From the NCBI GenBank assembly GCA_013115145.1, contig JAAPAO010000349.1:1-37255 (forward strand): 37,255 nt of DNA. Direction: 5' to 3'. Position numbers and translations under genes: made by a program. Position 1 is the first letter of the stretch, and the number at the start of each line of letters is the position of its first letter. The notes under the pieces were generated by a model that was given only the letters and a program-made list of their open reading frames with translations, searched no databases and was not told where the DNA came from. Shown piece by piece: positions 23,801 through 35,457 of the stretch. The DNA is from Perkinsus chesapeaki ATCC PRA-425 (lineage: Eukaryota > Protista > Perkinsozoa).

Positions 23801-24057
23801 CCGTACTCTAGTTCTATCTCCGCAAGGCGGAATGAAGTCATCCAGTGGATGATGAGGTTGTGGCTGTTAGTCCATCTATCGATTGCTTAATGTTGGTTAT
23901 CTCGGTGCAAGGTTAACTTCGCAATCGAGGCTCGATCCCATTTTTGGGATGGACGATTTTCGGGGTTCCTCACGACTCGTTGAGGACAGTGGGATGAGTC
24001 ACAGTGTATTTCTCCTGAGAGTGTCCGAGCTCGATGCGAGACTTCAGAGTGAGAGGT
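20864..24057 (+). CDS. Probable multi-exon hypothetical gene(s); structure unresolved
   Basis: Several open, AG/GT-bounded plus-strand segments: ~21011-21130 (FPGDDSEFDIDFLDFRRTLIDTIKSLI), ~22591-22699 (PVRASVAIVDGQAMQRFRAAARILFLAY), ~23381-23616, ~23702-23858 and ~23911-24057 (the last two are phase-compatible). A full chain could not be assembled. Confidence 0.4.
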
Positions 24058-24125
24058 CAGAATTTAACAGATAGCTTGATTCTTCTATGTCGAAACACTT
24101 AAGGAGGAAGAAATAATAATCGAAT

Positions 24126-25203
24126 ATGTCGAATGAGATAGACGAGGATTCACTTGATGTTCTCTTAAGAGAGCACCCTGGAGAGTAGGAAAACCCGAAA
24201 CCCGAAAACCCGTATCATGAGAGTTGTTAGGTCCGATCTGACACGATTGCGGCTGCTTAGACCGACGCGGAGAAGAACACGTTCGCAGATTGCCCATGAA
24301 TCTTTGTGGGCCGGCCGGGGGAGCCTTGCCGAGCAAACTCGAGGAACCACGAATTATTCTGACACCTCTATCTCTCCAATTGACGCGCGTTTGAGGGCTG
24401 ATGGAATGTCTCGGTCAGAGAGGCTTCATCAAAGCGCGTGGCGTGGCTTGGGAGGGTTGCCCGAACCAATGAGAAGGGACGTGCAACGAGGAGACGGGGG
24501 AAGCCCGAGAAGGATGCCACGACGGTCGACTCGGGCGGCTGAAAGGCATCTTACAGAATGGACGGGGCCAACAGCTTTGGGGGCGACCCTCAGGGCTTCG
24601 GAGAAGAGATCGACTGGGTTGATTGAGAATGCTAAATTTCAGGTAGGTGTTCCCCGGATGACAGGCTAATCGAAAGATACTCTTCTATCGAACTTCCCAC
24701 GCCTTTTCGGCATTAACAATGTTTCGCATCTCACACGGGAGTGGAAGACCGCTCTCGTCGGGTCTGCGGTTTGCAAACTGCAATTAGCTAGTCCCGTTGA
24801 AGTCTGATAACTACACATCAGAATGATCCCTCGAGAAGCGCTAAGGTCGATTTCTGCCAGCATTGGACTTGAACCCGATCAAACTCGATGGACTGCCAAT
24901 ATCTCATCGAATGGATTAATCTTTGCAGTCTTGTTGACCTTTGGTTTTCAGTTGCATCAAAGTGTGTTGAAGACGACAGTGCTCCGCTGGCAACCCGGCG
25001 GAGAGATGCCAAGTTGCTGTATATGTCTCGAGAACTTCAAGTCTAAAGCAATTGTCAAGGAGGGTGCCTGTGGGCATTTCTATCACGGTCAATGCATAGC
25101 GAAATGGATTGAAGCGATAAAGGAGAGATCGAGCGGCACTAGAGATGCATGCTGCCCATATTGTAGACAGGAGTTGATAAAAAAACTCCTGTGTGAAACG
25201 TGA
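24126..25203 (+). CDS. RING-H2 finger protein (probable E3 ubiquitin ligase)
   Basis: The terminal segment encodes CCIC...CGHFYHGQC...CPYC (C3H2C3 spacing) ending at TGA 25203. Plausible upstream exons are 24126-24184 and 24231-24642 (phase-consistent GT-AG). The middle exon(s) and start are tentative. Confidence 0.75.
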
Positions 25204-26259
25204 TCGGTGAAAATGGGATGATATTATTGTTGAGTTTATAGTTGGAAAGGTTCGGTGGGCTGAAGGGCCAGCCAGACGCAATTCGCTCTTTGGAGGTATA
25301 AGTGTCCTTAATGCAGAGGTATACACTTCGTGAAAATATGCTCCAAAAGGAGTCATTGAATGCATCCATGCGGGTCTTTCTCTTAGACCGATCTTGGCCA
25401 GTGCGAGTCACAGTGTGTGACGTAAAATGGAGGCTCTATGTCAGAGCGCGACGAGTTGAAGTCCTTCTCGCTCGGACCCTGCTACATTAATGCATTTATC
25501 AATTGTGTCATTCGATTCGTTACGTATATGATAGAGATTCGATATCTTTCAGCAGGTGGAATGCAGTGTGGTGGTGTTAAACAACCGAGTGATGAATATA
25601 TTCATGTGCTAGTAGGACCCATAGTCATTACATCCACTCCAGGTAGAGTACGAACCTGATAATGTTTAAGAGATTGACGAAACTATCAACTCATCATTTA
25701 ATAATGTTAATGTCTTTTTCCGAAATACTTTTCGAATAATGTATATGATTCCAGTATTAGTGTTGTGTTCATATTTACTATAAGTGGTCACAAACACCCG
25801 AGTAAACAAGTCAGTTATACGGAAAGATAACACCGGAAAGTTTCAATCGGCAAATCTTCGTCATTAGTTCACTTAATTATGCTAAACATTTTATGTGGAA
25901 GCTACGAGGGACTTTCATAGGCTATCTTAACAGAACATTCTATTCGAATATTATTAACCGGCACTACGGGTATGGGCGATCGCCGTACACACGCTGCCCC
26001 CACGTCGTCGTAAGCTACGGCCAGTATGAAGCTACCAGTAATGGATCAAAGGTGGTGGCGGTGGCTAGACTAACACTATCATTCTAATCACGTAGTGTTG
26101 TAGTTTCATTAAAACTCATCTTCAACGCCGTTGTCGGAGAAGCAGATAATTGCTATCGAAAGAACGAATAGATGATGTAATTGAACGATTAGTTCGAACT
26201 GTTCGCGTCACGTGACGTGACTGCGTCACGCACGGCGCACGGCGGCGCCGAAAATTAAA

Positions 26260-27943
26260 ATGCCCCGAGGCAAGACCGATTGTAGAGCCCGACGAGAGGA
26301 GTCTATCCGTGAGGAGATTATTATGTTACTCGTTTTGAGTAGCTCAAAAAGCGTCTCCAAAGATTCCGTAGTATGTATCGAAATTGCGAAGCTCGCAGTA
26401 AACCTTCCCTACTCAACGCAACCACTCCACGTCGAAGTTCAAAAGTAAAATATTCACTGTTATTTACCATATCAACGATATAATATCATTCACTGTCGGA
26501 TATCGCTGGTGCGTCGACATACTCAGACCCTGTTTTTCCGTAGCTGACTCGCGTGATTCACGCGAGTCAGATACGGAAAATATACTCCTATACTCCTTGG
26601 AGCATGTCCAATACTTTCGAATCATCCTTGTTGTCTCCGAAACCCGAAGCCTCACCCTTGTATCCGGAGTACCCACATTCCTGCCATATGACCTCAAACA
26701 ATTCCGATGCTGAAGGAAGTTCCACGGGGCATTAGGAATTCTAACTTAGGACTACGAACTTCGGAGAGGAATCTGGTACTCAATGCAACACAGCGTAGGA
26801 TGAAAACTATCGTCTCGTGAACTATATCTCGCATGTCATGTTAACGAGAGAAGAAAACGGAGACAGTTATCTGACACAATTCAGCATTGCACCCACTCTG
26901 GCACAGAGGCACCGACGGAAAATTTTCGTTGTAAGTTCTTTTATTCAGTCTAATATTAGTTATATGTGTTTTATTGATGGTATTCCTTATATCTTTTACA
27001 TTCCACCAATGGTAATACATAAGCTATCTAATTAAGTATATTATAGACATTAATAATGAATATCTCTATAATTACAATTTACGAATATTATTTGTAATTT
27101 GTCAAATGATAAATTGTTAACGAATTCCAACTCAATTTTTTGTGAGAATGCTTCCCTCTTTGGCTATTTTTAGTCTTCCAACTTGCTCGAGCAAAACGAT
27201 TTCTTCGAGCTCTGGCGAAAGACGACTGAATATAGGGATTATTACTAATAAGTAACCCGTCAATCTGACCAGAAAAGGTTTTTGGGGGTGTTCATCCATC
27301 GCGAAGAAAGCTGAAGCTCTCTCTTTCTCTGATAACAATCTTCCGAATATTATCTTCGACACCTTTTGCATCTTACTTATTTTGATACAACGTTCAACCC
27401 ATTAGTGTATAAAAACCACGATACGCGTTATGCGCACCAAAAATACAGTGGGCCTCCAATCACGAAGCAGTGCTACGATAGCTGGCAATAACGCAAGCAG
27501 TTGAAGTTTACGAATATCTCCTACACTCCTAACATTTGGAGGACTTATGAATCCTCCCTGCTAGCTAGGCACAGCAGCCCACCCACATATTAATTCTACC
27601 TTACTATTATTATACCCATGTATGGTCCATGGGCAATCATGCTGGCGTTGACATCATACCTCAAGTACAAAACCTTAACTTGAACGAGAAAAAACAAGTA
27701 ACGAGGATTTTATATTATTCCGTATTATTCCGATATTCATGTCACTGTTTCAGACTATTCGCAGGTCTTTGCGAGACCTTATCCCAAGAAAACTTAACCT
27801 ATCAAATGCTCAATGAGGGAGCCGACCCAGCATCGGCATGGAAACGAGATCCTTTATTGTGGTTGGCTCTACCTTTGAACTTTCAAGCGAGATCATCGGC
27901 CATACAGCTTAAGATAATGAATTTGTGGCTCGCGCGAAGATGA
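26260..27943 (+). CDS. Possible multi-exon hypothetical protein
   Basis: An ATG at 26260 follows a GC-rich CGTCA/TGACG-containing stretch. An AG-bounded terminal exon-like frame at ~27754-27943 reads LFAGLCETLSQENLTYQML...LWLARR*. Internal exons are not resolved. Confidence 0.3.
26534..26580. repeat. 47-nt near-perfect inverted repeat (22/23 paired, 1-nt loop)
   Basis: TTTTCCGTA-G-CTGACTCGCGTGA-T-TCACGCGAGTCAG-A-TACGGAAAA. Confidence 0.9.
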
Positions 27944-28217
27944 CGCGGAATATGCGCTGTAAAAAGCGCGCGCCCTGGAACGTACGCCACATCGGTACGT
28001 ATGTACACATAAGCCAATTAACCTTCTCTCATTTTAGTTACGCGATTTACTCTTTATCTTTCTTCATTACAATCGCTTTACTAGGCTACATTCGACGTTC
28101 ATCCTGCTGAGGGGTTCCCTTACGCAGAGGGGGGAGCCTCTTGCATTAAACCAGGCGCTGTTTGACAATTCCTTATTTTGGTGATGAGCGCCATCTGTTA
28201 GTTTTTTCATTTTTATA

Positions 28218-30033
28218 ATGAATATCCTCTCGAAGTTGACCCTGGCTGTTCCCGCTGCTGCCACTGTTTACCTCAAGGAGACCTTCCCCGACGGTAAGCC
28301 TTCCCCCGAGCTCCTTGGTTAAGCCTCGACCTTGTTGTCATCAGGTTGGGAGGAGCGTTGGACCGTCTCTAATTGGAAGGGCGAAGATAGCCACGGTAAG
28401 GTCGAGCACACCGCCGGCAAGGTCTTCGTCGATGAGCAGAAGAACAGAGGCCTAAGTAAGCCCCCTTGGCCCTGTAGTTTCGGCCACCCGTTTTTCAGAG
28501 ACGGCCGAAGATCACCGCTACTACGCCTACATTCGAGACCTCGATCAAGCTTTTAACAGCCTCGGCAAGGACGTTATCTTCCAATACCAAGTAGACGGCT
28601 GACTCGAGCTGACTTTATGGCTTACTTTGCTGGTGCTCGGAGTCGCTTTTCCAGGTTAAATACGAGGAGTCTGTCGATTGCGGTGGAGGATACCTCAAGT
28701 TTGGCCCCAAAATGGAGAATAAATCGGCTTTCAACAGCGACTCCGAGTAAGCCATTCATCACTGTTCAAGGGAAGTGATGTGTTTTGGTGGTGTTCAGGT
28801 ACAATATTATGTTTGGCCCTGACAAGTGTGGCTTCAACCAGCGAACACACCTTATTTTCAACAACGGCAAGGATAATGTCTTGAAGACCGATGACCTCGA
28901 CTACAAGCAAGGCGACACCAAGTCCCACGTCTACAGGTTAACTCTGAGGGCCAACGACAGCGTTAAAGTTGAGGTCGATGGTGAGGAGATCTTCGACGGC
29001 TCTATTGAAGAGAACTGGAAGATTGGTCAACCAGCTGAAATCGATGACCCCGAAGATGTCAAGCCTGATGACTGGGTAACTGGATTTGGCCTCCCAGCTG
29101 CTGTTCATGTGTCGTTGGTCAGGTGGATTCTCCTATGATGGATGACCCGGAGGACAAGAAACCTGAGGATTGGGTTGAAGAAGCGCAGATCCCAGATGAG
29201 AAGGCGACCAAGCCGGAGGACTGGGACGAGGAGGAGGTAGGCGAATGTGTGGTTGTGATAGGATTAGCTTTGCAGGATGGTGAGTGGGAGCGTCCTATGA
29301 TTGAGAACCCCGACTATAAGGGACCCTGGAACCCGAAGAGGATCGCCAACCCAGACTACAAAGTGAGTTTCTGTGGAGCGCATTCGGGACGATCTCTTTT
29401 TTAGGGACCGTGGGCACCCAAGAAGATTCCTAACCCGGAGTATGTCCCTCTTGAGAATCTCCATAAATATGACTTCGGCACTGTCATGATTGATTTGTGG
29501 CAGGTTGGTAGCTTTCTAAAGTAGCTTGTTTGGAGTGATTCGGTGATGGATAGGTGAAGTCTGGATCATTGTTTGATAACTTTATTATCACCGATGATGC
29601 GAAGGAGGCTGATGAGCTCATGGAGGAGTTCAAGAAGCTCAAGGAGGTCGAAGACGCCAAGGCGAAGGAAGAAGTGCGAATCGCTCCCCTCGTCGTTTCA
29701 TTCACCCGTCCCAAATTGGACTCCATGTTTTCTCTTTCGATACCCCCACTGTTTTATAATCGATTTAGCGTGCCGTGTGATTGTTTTCGAGACATTACTA
29801 GATTCCTCTCTGTTACTCTGAGCATTTGGAACTCCTCCATGTGTCACATTGTTGTAGTTCAATTTTCGCCTGCTGCCAGTGGTGGATGATCTGTACTGTT
29901 TTGTCAGGAGGAAGAGCGAAAGAAGAAGGAAGCTGAGGAGGAGAAGGAGAGTGGTGAGGACGAGGATCTAGATGATAACGAGGAGCCAGCCGCTGAGGAG
30001 GATGAAACCAAGACCAACGAGGAAGATTTGTGA
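28218..30033 (+). CDS. CALR: Calreticulin (multi-exon, intact)
   Basis: Signal peptide MNILSKLTLAVPAAA, then VYLKETF, QYQVKYE..VDCGGGYLK, YNIMFGPDKCG, P-domain repeats IDDPEDVKPDDW / DPEDKKPEDW / KPEDWDEEEDGEWERPMIENPDYKGPW, and DLWQVKSGSLFDNFIITDD. The acidic tail ends NEEDL*. Introns are GT-AG and phase-consistent. Confidence 0.95.
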
Positions 30034-30527
30034 AGCACACTTTTTTACATGGACCCGACAACTACACACTAGTTTTCTATACGCGGTGTTGAATAGCAAT
30101 CGCATTTTACTTTCTGGGTCATTCCCGTATTCTCAAAATGGTTGTGTTTGGTAGTTGGGGTGAGAAAGCATTAAAATGCAACATGAATAGTGGCAAGATT
30201 ACAAGTTGTAATTTAGAAAGAGTAATATTACCGATGGACCATTCCGTTTGTTCACCCATTGACAATAATTTAACATATTATTGTACATCGATTGCAGCAG
30301 TACATCGCCGCGTAAGCATGTATTTCAGTTGTGTTCGGAGGCTATGTCGTTGGAGGGATATTGGAATGTGATAATCTGTATGTGCCCACCAACACGTGTT
30401 GATGGGAGTTTTGGCACCCTCAGGTTTGTCGGTATTAATGAGTGTATTCTCTTTGTCAGAGTTGAACCTGCAATCGCTTGTCGTATATATCTCAGTATTA
30501 ATTTATTTGTCAGTTCTTGGTAGCCGA

Positions 30528-31928
30528 ATGGTATCGTCACAGTCCCCCTCTACGTCAGTGTCCCTTGGGGAAGTAGTGGTCCTCCAACGTCGACTGCATT
30601 ATCGTCGTATGATGTTCCTCAGCTGTGCACTGCCGGCATCGGGCTCGACCGGTTATCAATTCAAGACTGTCCTGTTGAAGTCACCCACGTTGAATAACCA
30701 TACAGATGTCTGCGAGAATTACGCCGATTTCTGCCATACAGTTCGCCCGGGCGACTGCGTGAGGTTGGAGGGCTGGCCGGAGGACGAGTCTCGGAATGAG
30801 TGCAGTTTCGTGGTGGCTCGATGGGAAATGGTCGAGCCTGGCATACGCGGGAAGATGCAGATGTTCGCACTGGAAGATTCTTGGCCGACTAGAGACGTTT
30901 CCTTCATTGAATTACCTCAGTTGGTGCTGCAGTGCCAAGTAGGTTACGAGGAGCGTTTGGTCGACTACATTACCAACGAATATGGTGGAGCTTGTCGATG
31001 CTCTTGGACGCCCCTCTGTGCTGTTGGCGAAAGGACGCTGTTGGTTGGTAAAGACTCAAAGCTGAATGATTGGCAAACTGTCGTTGGGGACATCAACTTG
31101 TGTCACGTTCTCAAGAGGCTTTACACTAACCTCACTGAGGTTGCCACGAGCGTTAAGGGTGCCGCGGAGCTCCTCGGCAAGATGACAGACGGCGTGCTTC
31201 GACTACAGACGTTCCCCAGTAAATATCAAAAGACGATCGCGGACCTTCTTCCGGAGGGAAAATGTCATCCGCGAAACTACACTCATGTCGGGCAAGTTGT
31301 CTACGTCGACGGAATCTACCTGGTTGGTGTTGCCGAGCCAGATGAATGCTACATTGGTAACATCCAAGAGGCTCCTAATGCAAGGCTTACTGATAGCATT
31401 TGTAAGGCCGAGTACAAGCTAGCTGAGGGCTTCAGACGCTTCGGTTACCAACTCGGCAACGAGGCCAGCTCCATGGTCGCTATTGATGTCGGTGCGAGCC
31501 CCGGTGGATGGAGCCGATTCCTGTACAAGGAAGGTGTTGGCAGGGTCATAGCGGTTGATAACGGAGAGGTTGACTGTAGCGATTCAGAAGGGAAAATTGA
31601 GCATTGGGAAATGCTCGGACAAGAAGCGATAGATACTCTCCTTAAGGACGACAAGAACGAAGGCCTTCTCGATGTCTACGTATGTGACGCAAATATCCCC
31701 CCACCAGACAGCCTGGCGATGCTGAGGCAGGCGGCCCCGTTGATGAAACGTGGAGCGTTCGTTGTTGTAACTTTCAAGAATCCTTATAAACGTAAAAGAG
31801 ACTGGTACGAAGCAAAAAAGGTGAGTTTTGCTGACTTCTCGACAATGTGCGACGCCGTGACGGAAGTACATCTTTTGGCCAACACTCCCAATGAGACTAC
31901 TGTTGGTGGGCGGTGGAAGGGGCAATAA
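30528..31928 (+). CDS. Intronless RlmM/FtsJ-like SAM-dependent RNA 2'-O-methyltransferase with a putative N-terminal OB-fold
   Basis: C-terminal motifs KAEYKLAEGF, VAIDVGASPGGWS, VIAVDNG, VYVCDAN, VTFK and NET give an RrmJ-type K-D-K-E tetrad and resemble RlmM (KLEEAF, VDLGACPGGW, VYAVDNG, MVCDM). The N-terminus (RRMMFL...VRPGDCVRLEGWP) resembles OB-fold spacing. The start is placed at ATG 30528, after a pyrimidine-rich AG. Confidence 0.8.
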   Translation: MVSSQSPSTSVSLGEVVVLQRRLHYRRMMFLSCALPASGSTGYQFKTVLLKSPTLNNHTDVCENYADFCHTVRPGDCVRLEGWPEDESRNECSFVVARWEMVEPGIRGKMQMFALEDSWPTRDVSFIELPQLVLQCQVGYEERLVDYITNEYGGACRCSWTPLCAVGERTLLVGKDSKLNDWQTVVGDINLCHVLKRLYTNLTEVATSVKGAAELLGKMTDGVLRLQTFPSKYQKTIADLLPEGKCHPRNYTHVGQVVYVDGIYLVGVAEPDECYIGNIQEAPNARLTDSICKAEYKLAEGFRRFGYQLGNEASSMVAIDVGASPGGWSRFLYKEGVGRVIAVDNGEVDCSDSEGKIEHWEMLGQEAIDTLLKDDKNEGLLDVYVCDANIPPPDSLAMLRQAAPLMKRGAFVVVTFKNPYKRKRDWYEAKKVSFADFSTMCDAVTEVHLLANTPNETTVGGRWKGQ

Positions 31929-33097
31929 TGTTCATAATAATACTCACGTTTGTTCCTTGTTTGATATAGTTGAACGGTTTCTCCTTCCAGAAGGCAGTTG
32001 TGTTGTTAAAAGATTCTCGTTGAGAGTCGCAGTTATTTGAATCATTCCCCTATTCGGGGCTCTAGTAGTAACGCCACACCCCAGTGGAGCAGTAGGATGT
32101 TGATAAAGAATGCAAGCTTAGTAGAGTACAAGACCAAACACGCATCCAACTGCCCTATCAAGACAGAATTGAAACGAAAACATATTTTTAATATCTACAT
32201 TGTCCAACGTCAACGCCTACGTTACAACATATATTCTATCGTACGCTACGTTGCGAAGGAATCTGTCACCGAGGTGATATAGGAATGAACGTGATGATAT
32301 TGGAACAGCCACGAGATGAGCATTTCTACGGATGCTTGTGATCTTACCTTGACCATAATCATTATAATCATTGATAACTTAACAACAACGGAAACGAATC
32401 CTTCGGCGGCGCAGAGGATTCTTACGATTGAGCAGCGTCGCTCACCGAGAGTACATTCATACATACGTAGATGGACATGAAGCATCATTTAGCGGTCCTC
32501 CATCCCGTGAAAAATCCAGCTTTTTGGAGTCTTTAGAGACTCCAAGACTCAGTGCCAATAGCCGAGAACATATTAATGCAATGCGCAATGAACCAGTGAA
32601 GCTGCTGGAAATACTCACAATGTGAGTATTTGTATGTGCATTGTATGTGAGTCTCACAATGCGGCGACGCATTGAATGCGCAACTCATCTTAGCAACCCG
32701 AGTTTTTTGACATCCTCCATACACGGTGAGTATATCGTCCAAGTTTCAGAGCAGTAGAGAAACTGGAGCAATCGTGCTAGAACTGAGATCTAGCACGATC
32801 TGAGATCTGTACGTAGATCTTAGATCTCCGCAACGTACAAATCACACAAGAAGCGAGCAGAATTCATCTTTTTGTGAGGGACCCTGGCATTGTTTACTCC
32901 TGATACCATCCTCTCCCGTTGCCTGCTTTTCGTTCATCAGGGATCCTAATCAACGATGGATACAAGGCGGAAAGGATGTCAACGGGGGCTTTATTTCGCA
33001 AGGGGGGTTAGTTGTGCCTGCGTGTACAATGGAGCCGGCGGTGGCGCACAAAGAACAACAACCACAACATCGATGCCTAGCTAGTTGAAAGAAAAGT

Positions 33098-33301
33098 ATG
33101 AAAGTTTTTGGCTTCGCCACCCTCTCCACCATGTTTTTATACGCCCCGAGTATAATGCTCGCGCAAGGCCCTGTACTAAAGGCTAATATCTGTAACAAGA
33201 ACCTTGTTCACAGTAGCAGATTAGGCTTTGTACGAGCATATCCCTCCTATAGTGCCGATATTCTCGGATGGCCTTCTGGCTTAGTTTGCGAAGCGCAATA
33301 G
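33098..33301 (+). CDS. Short ORF with signal-peptide-like N-terminus; possibly a truncated secreted protein
   Basis: MKVFGFATLSTMFLYAPSIMLAQG hydrophobic leader. It stops after 67 aa, and no family was recognised. Confidence 0.3.
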   Translation: MKVFGFATLSTMFLYAPSIMLAQGPVLKANICNKNLVHSSRLGFVRAYPSYSADILGWPSGLVCEAQ

Positions 33302-34353
33302 CGGAATAGCCCTTGGCAGAATTTTCTCCCAGTGAGGAAGTCCTTGGGGATCCCAAGTCGGGGTCATTCAAAAATGACCTGGTTTGGCCGGTTGTGGAGC
33401 GGCTCCACTGGAGCCTCCAGTCTGGAGGCACAAAATATCCAGTATTAGCAGAAAGCGGCATCCTTCGGGGCGAAGTATCCCGGCCAACGCCTACTCGACA
33501 GTTGGAGAACCTGTGCAGAAGATGATATGTTCCCTGAGTACATCACACACACAATGCACGCGTAACTCGCCGCGAGCCCTTCGTTTAGGGGCCATTCATT
33601 CCCGATTCCTCCCCTTTGGCGCGGCGCCACAATTACTGTGGAAGGAAGTTCCTGTATGTTTTCCATTTGAACCGTTTATAGCTGCATGCCTGCTGTATTA
33701 CATGTGAATCGATTCGGCCCGGCTACACGGCGTTGTTAGTCTCCACATTCGCCTGTTGTTGAAGTCATTCACAGGCGTGGTGCTTTTTTTGTGTGTGTGT
33801 GCGTACTACGCACGCGCACAGTGTGAGTCACGCTGAAAGCTTTGCCGAAATATTTGACCACTGCTATGTTGCAGGCGGGCAATTTCATCCAAGTTTGCAA
33901 GTTGTGCCATGGTTGGCCGACGTGATGTGAGATGGGAAAGATTTCAGTTTTCGTCTTACCGTTCATACCCACGCTTTCCAAATCCGTGAAAGATCGATAT
34001 ACTCGGTAATACCGATTTTAAGATGTTGAAATCCTTTAGTGATTTGTTCAGCCAGTCTAAATTAGCCTTGTCAAGAAGCTAAGAAACTCTTCATGAAGAT
34101 TCCCTTGAAGGATTGTAAACATTTGCCCTCTGTGTAGCTCGGGTCTAGCTTGTACATGGATTCTTATACAGTACGAGTATCGAGTCGAATAATACAGTGT
34201 GAATATCGCAGTGAGATATCCTATATGCGACATAACTCTGTCACTGTGAGCTTACGTGACAGGATCTCTGTCGCAGATTCTCTGACTGTTTGTGGCAGTT
34301 CCACCCCACTCAGAGTATTGACTTGACCTGCTCTCAGAGTTGCTTATTGTTAG

Positions 34354-35457
34354 ATGGCTAAGTCTACCTCGGTCTGTGTCGTGGCACTGCTATTCGTATC
34401 TTGTTGGGGTGCCTCTATTCTTAGGGTGCCTTTGAAGATATGCACAGTTGATCCTGCAGCTCAAGGGCGAGGCTTGGTTGGTGAAATGTCTGTAGATGGC
34501 GAGAAGCGACCTGCTATAGTGGATACCGCATCCCCCTTCCTCTCATTTGTTTGGAAATATTGGTACGAGAAGATACGCCGCAGAAGGTGTGCAGACGTAA
34601 TCTTTGGCTGCTATGATTGTGATCCCAAGGTATGTCCCAAGAAAGATACAAAAACCTTCTCCTTTGCGGATGGCTCAGCTGCAACTCTTTTCTCGCATAA
34701 GGGTAAAGTCACTTTCGAGGGGAAGCCCGATGTCGAGGGTATAATATTCGGACTGATATCAGACTACAAGTTCGCCCGAGAATCCGTTCCTCGTGCTATA
34801 CTGGGCCTGGGGTTTCCTAGGGCTTCTGCTGCACCATATGTGCCATTGGTTAACCAACTTCTTGCACAGCCTCCCTCTAGAAGGCTTATCGACAGCCCAT
34901 CCTTCTCGATGTATATTAAAGAAAGTGACTCAACCGGGGAGCTTATCCTCGGTGGGGTTGATCCTCAGAAGTATGTCAGTCCCATGCTGTTTACGCCTAT
35001 TTTGAGCCCCACGATGTTTGTTACGAAACTAGCTGGTGTAAAGGTCATGGATGACGAAAAACGTGTACTCGCGGACGCTGAGTTTGATACTGGTGCCGAT
35101 GGAATCTTTATGGATGCCAAATCTTTAGAGGATTTGATAAAGAGTATCAAAGCCAAAGCTACAAGACCAGTTAACATTTATAAAATTGGAAGGGAATATC
35201 AAATTGATTGTGGACAAATGGACTATCTACCGCCGGTCACCTTACTATTCAAGGGAGATACACCTCCTGAAGAAATAGAGTTGGAGATCAAAGGAGCTAA
35301 CTATGTGGAGTTTTGGACTCAGCCGGTCTCCAAGTGCGTTTTGTTGTTCTTTGAAGATGATTCTGGCACATGGTCCATCGGCTACAACGTCCTTGTTGGT
35401 CATTATCTTTTCTATGATGTAGAGCGTAAACGTGCGGGTATAGCCAAGGCTAAGTAG
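34354..35457 (+). CDS. Secreted pepsin-family (A1) aspartic protease, single exon
   Basis: Signal peptide, two catalytic motifs (IVDTAS and EFDTGA), AILGLGF, FSMY...GELILGGVDP, IDC...LPPVTL, and WSIGYNVL...YLFYDVERKRAGIA, all typical of A1 proteases. Confidence 0.9.
   Translation: MAKSTSVCVVALLFVSCWGASILRVPLKICTVDPAAQGRGLVGEMSVDGEKRPAIVDTASPFLSFVWKYWYEKIRRRRCADVIFGCYDCDPKVCPKKDTKTFSFADGSAATLFSHKGKVTFEGKPDVEGIIFGLISDYKFARESVPRAILGLGFPRASAAPYVPLVNQLLAQPPSRRLIDSPSFSMYIKESDSTGELILGGVDPQKYVSPMLFTPILSPTMFVTKLAGVKVMDDEKRVLADAEFDTGADGIFMDAKSLEDLIKSIKAKATRPVNIYKIGREYQIDCGQMDYLPPVTLLFKGDTPPEEIELEIKGANYVEFWTQPVSKCVLLFFEDDSGTWSIGYNVLVGHYLFYDVERKRAGIAKAK

Noticed and set aside
24190-24211. AAACCCG repeats (and a TTTAGGG at ~1044) as telomeric sequence
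   Set aside because: Only 1-3 imperfect units. The first set lies inside a 46-nt intron.
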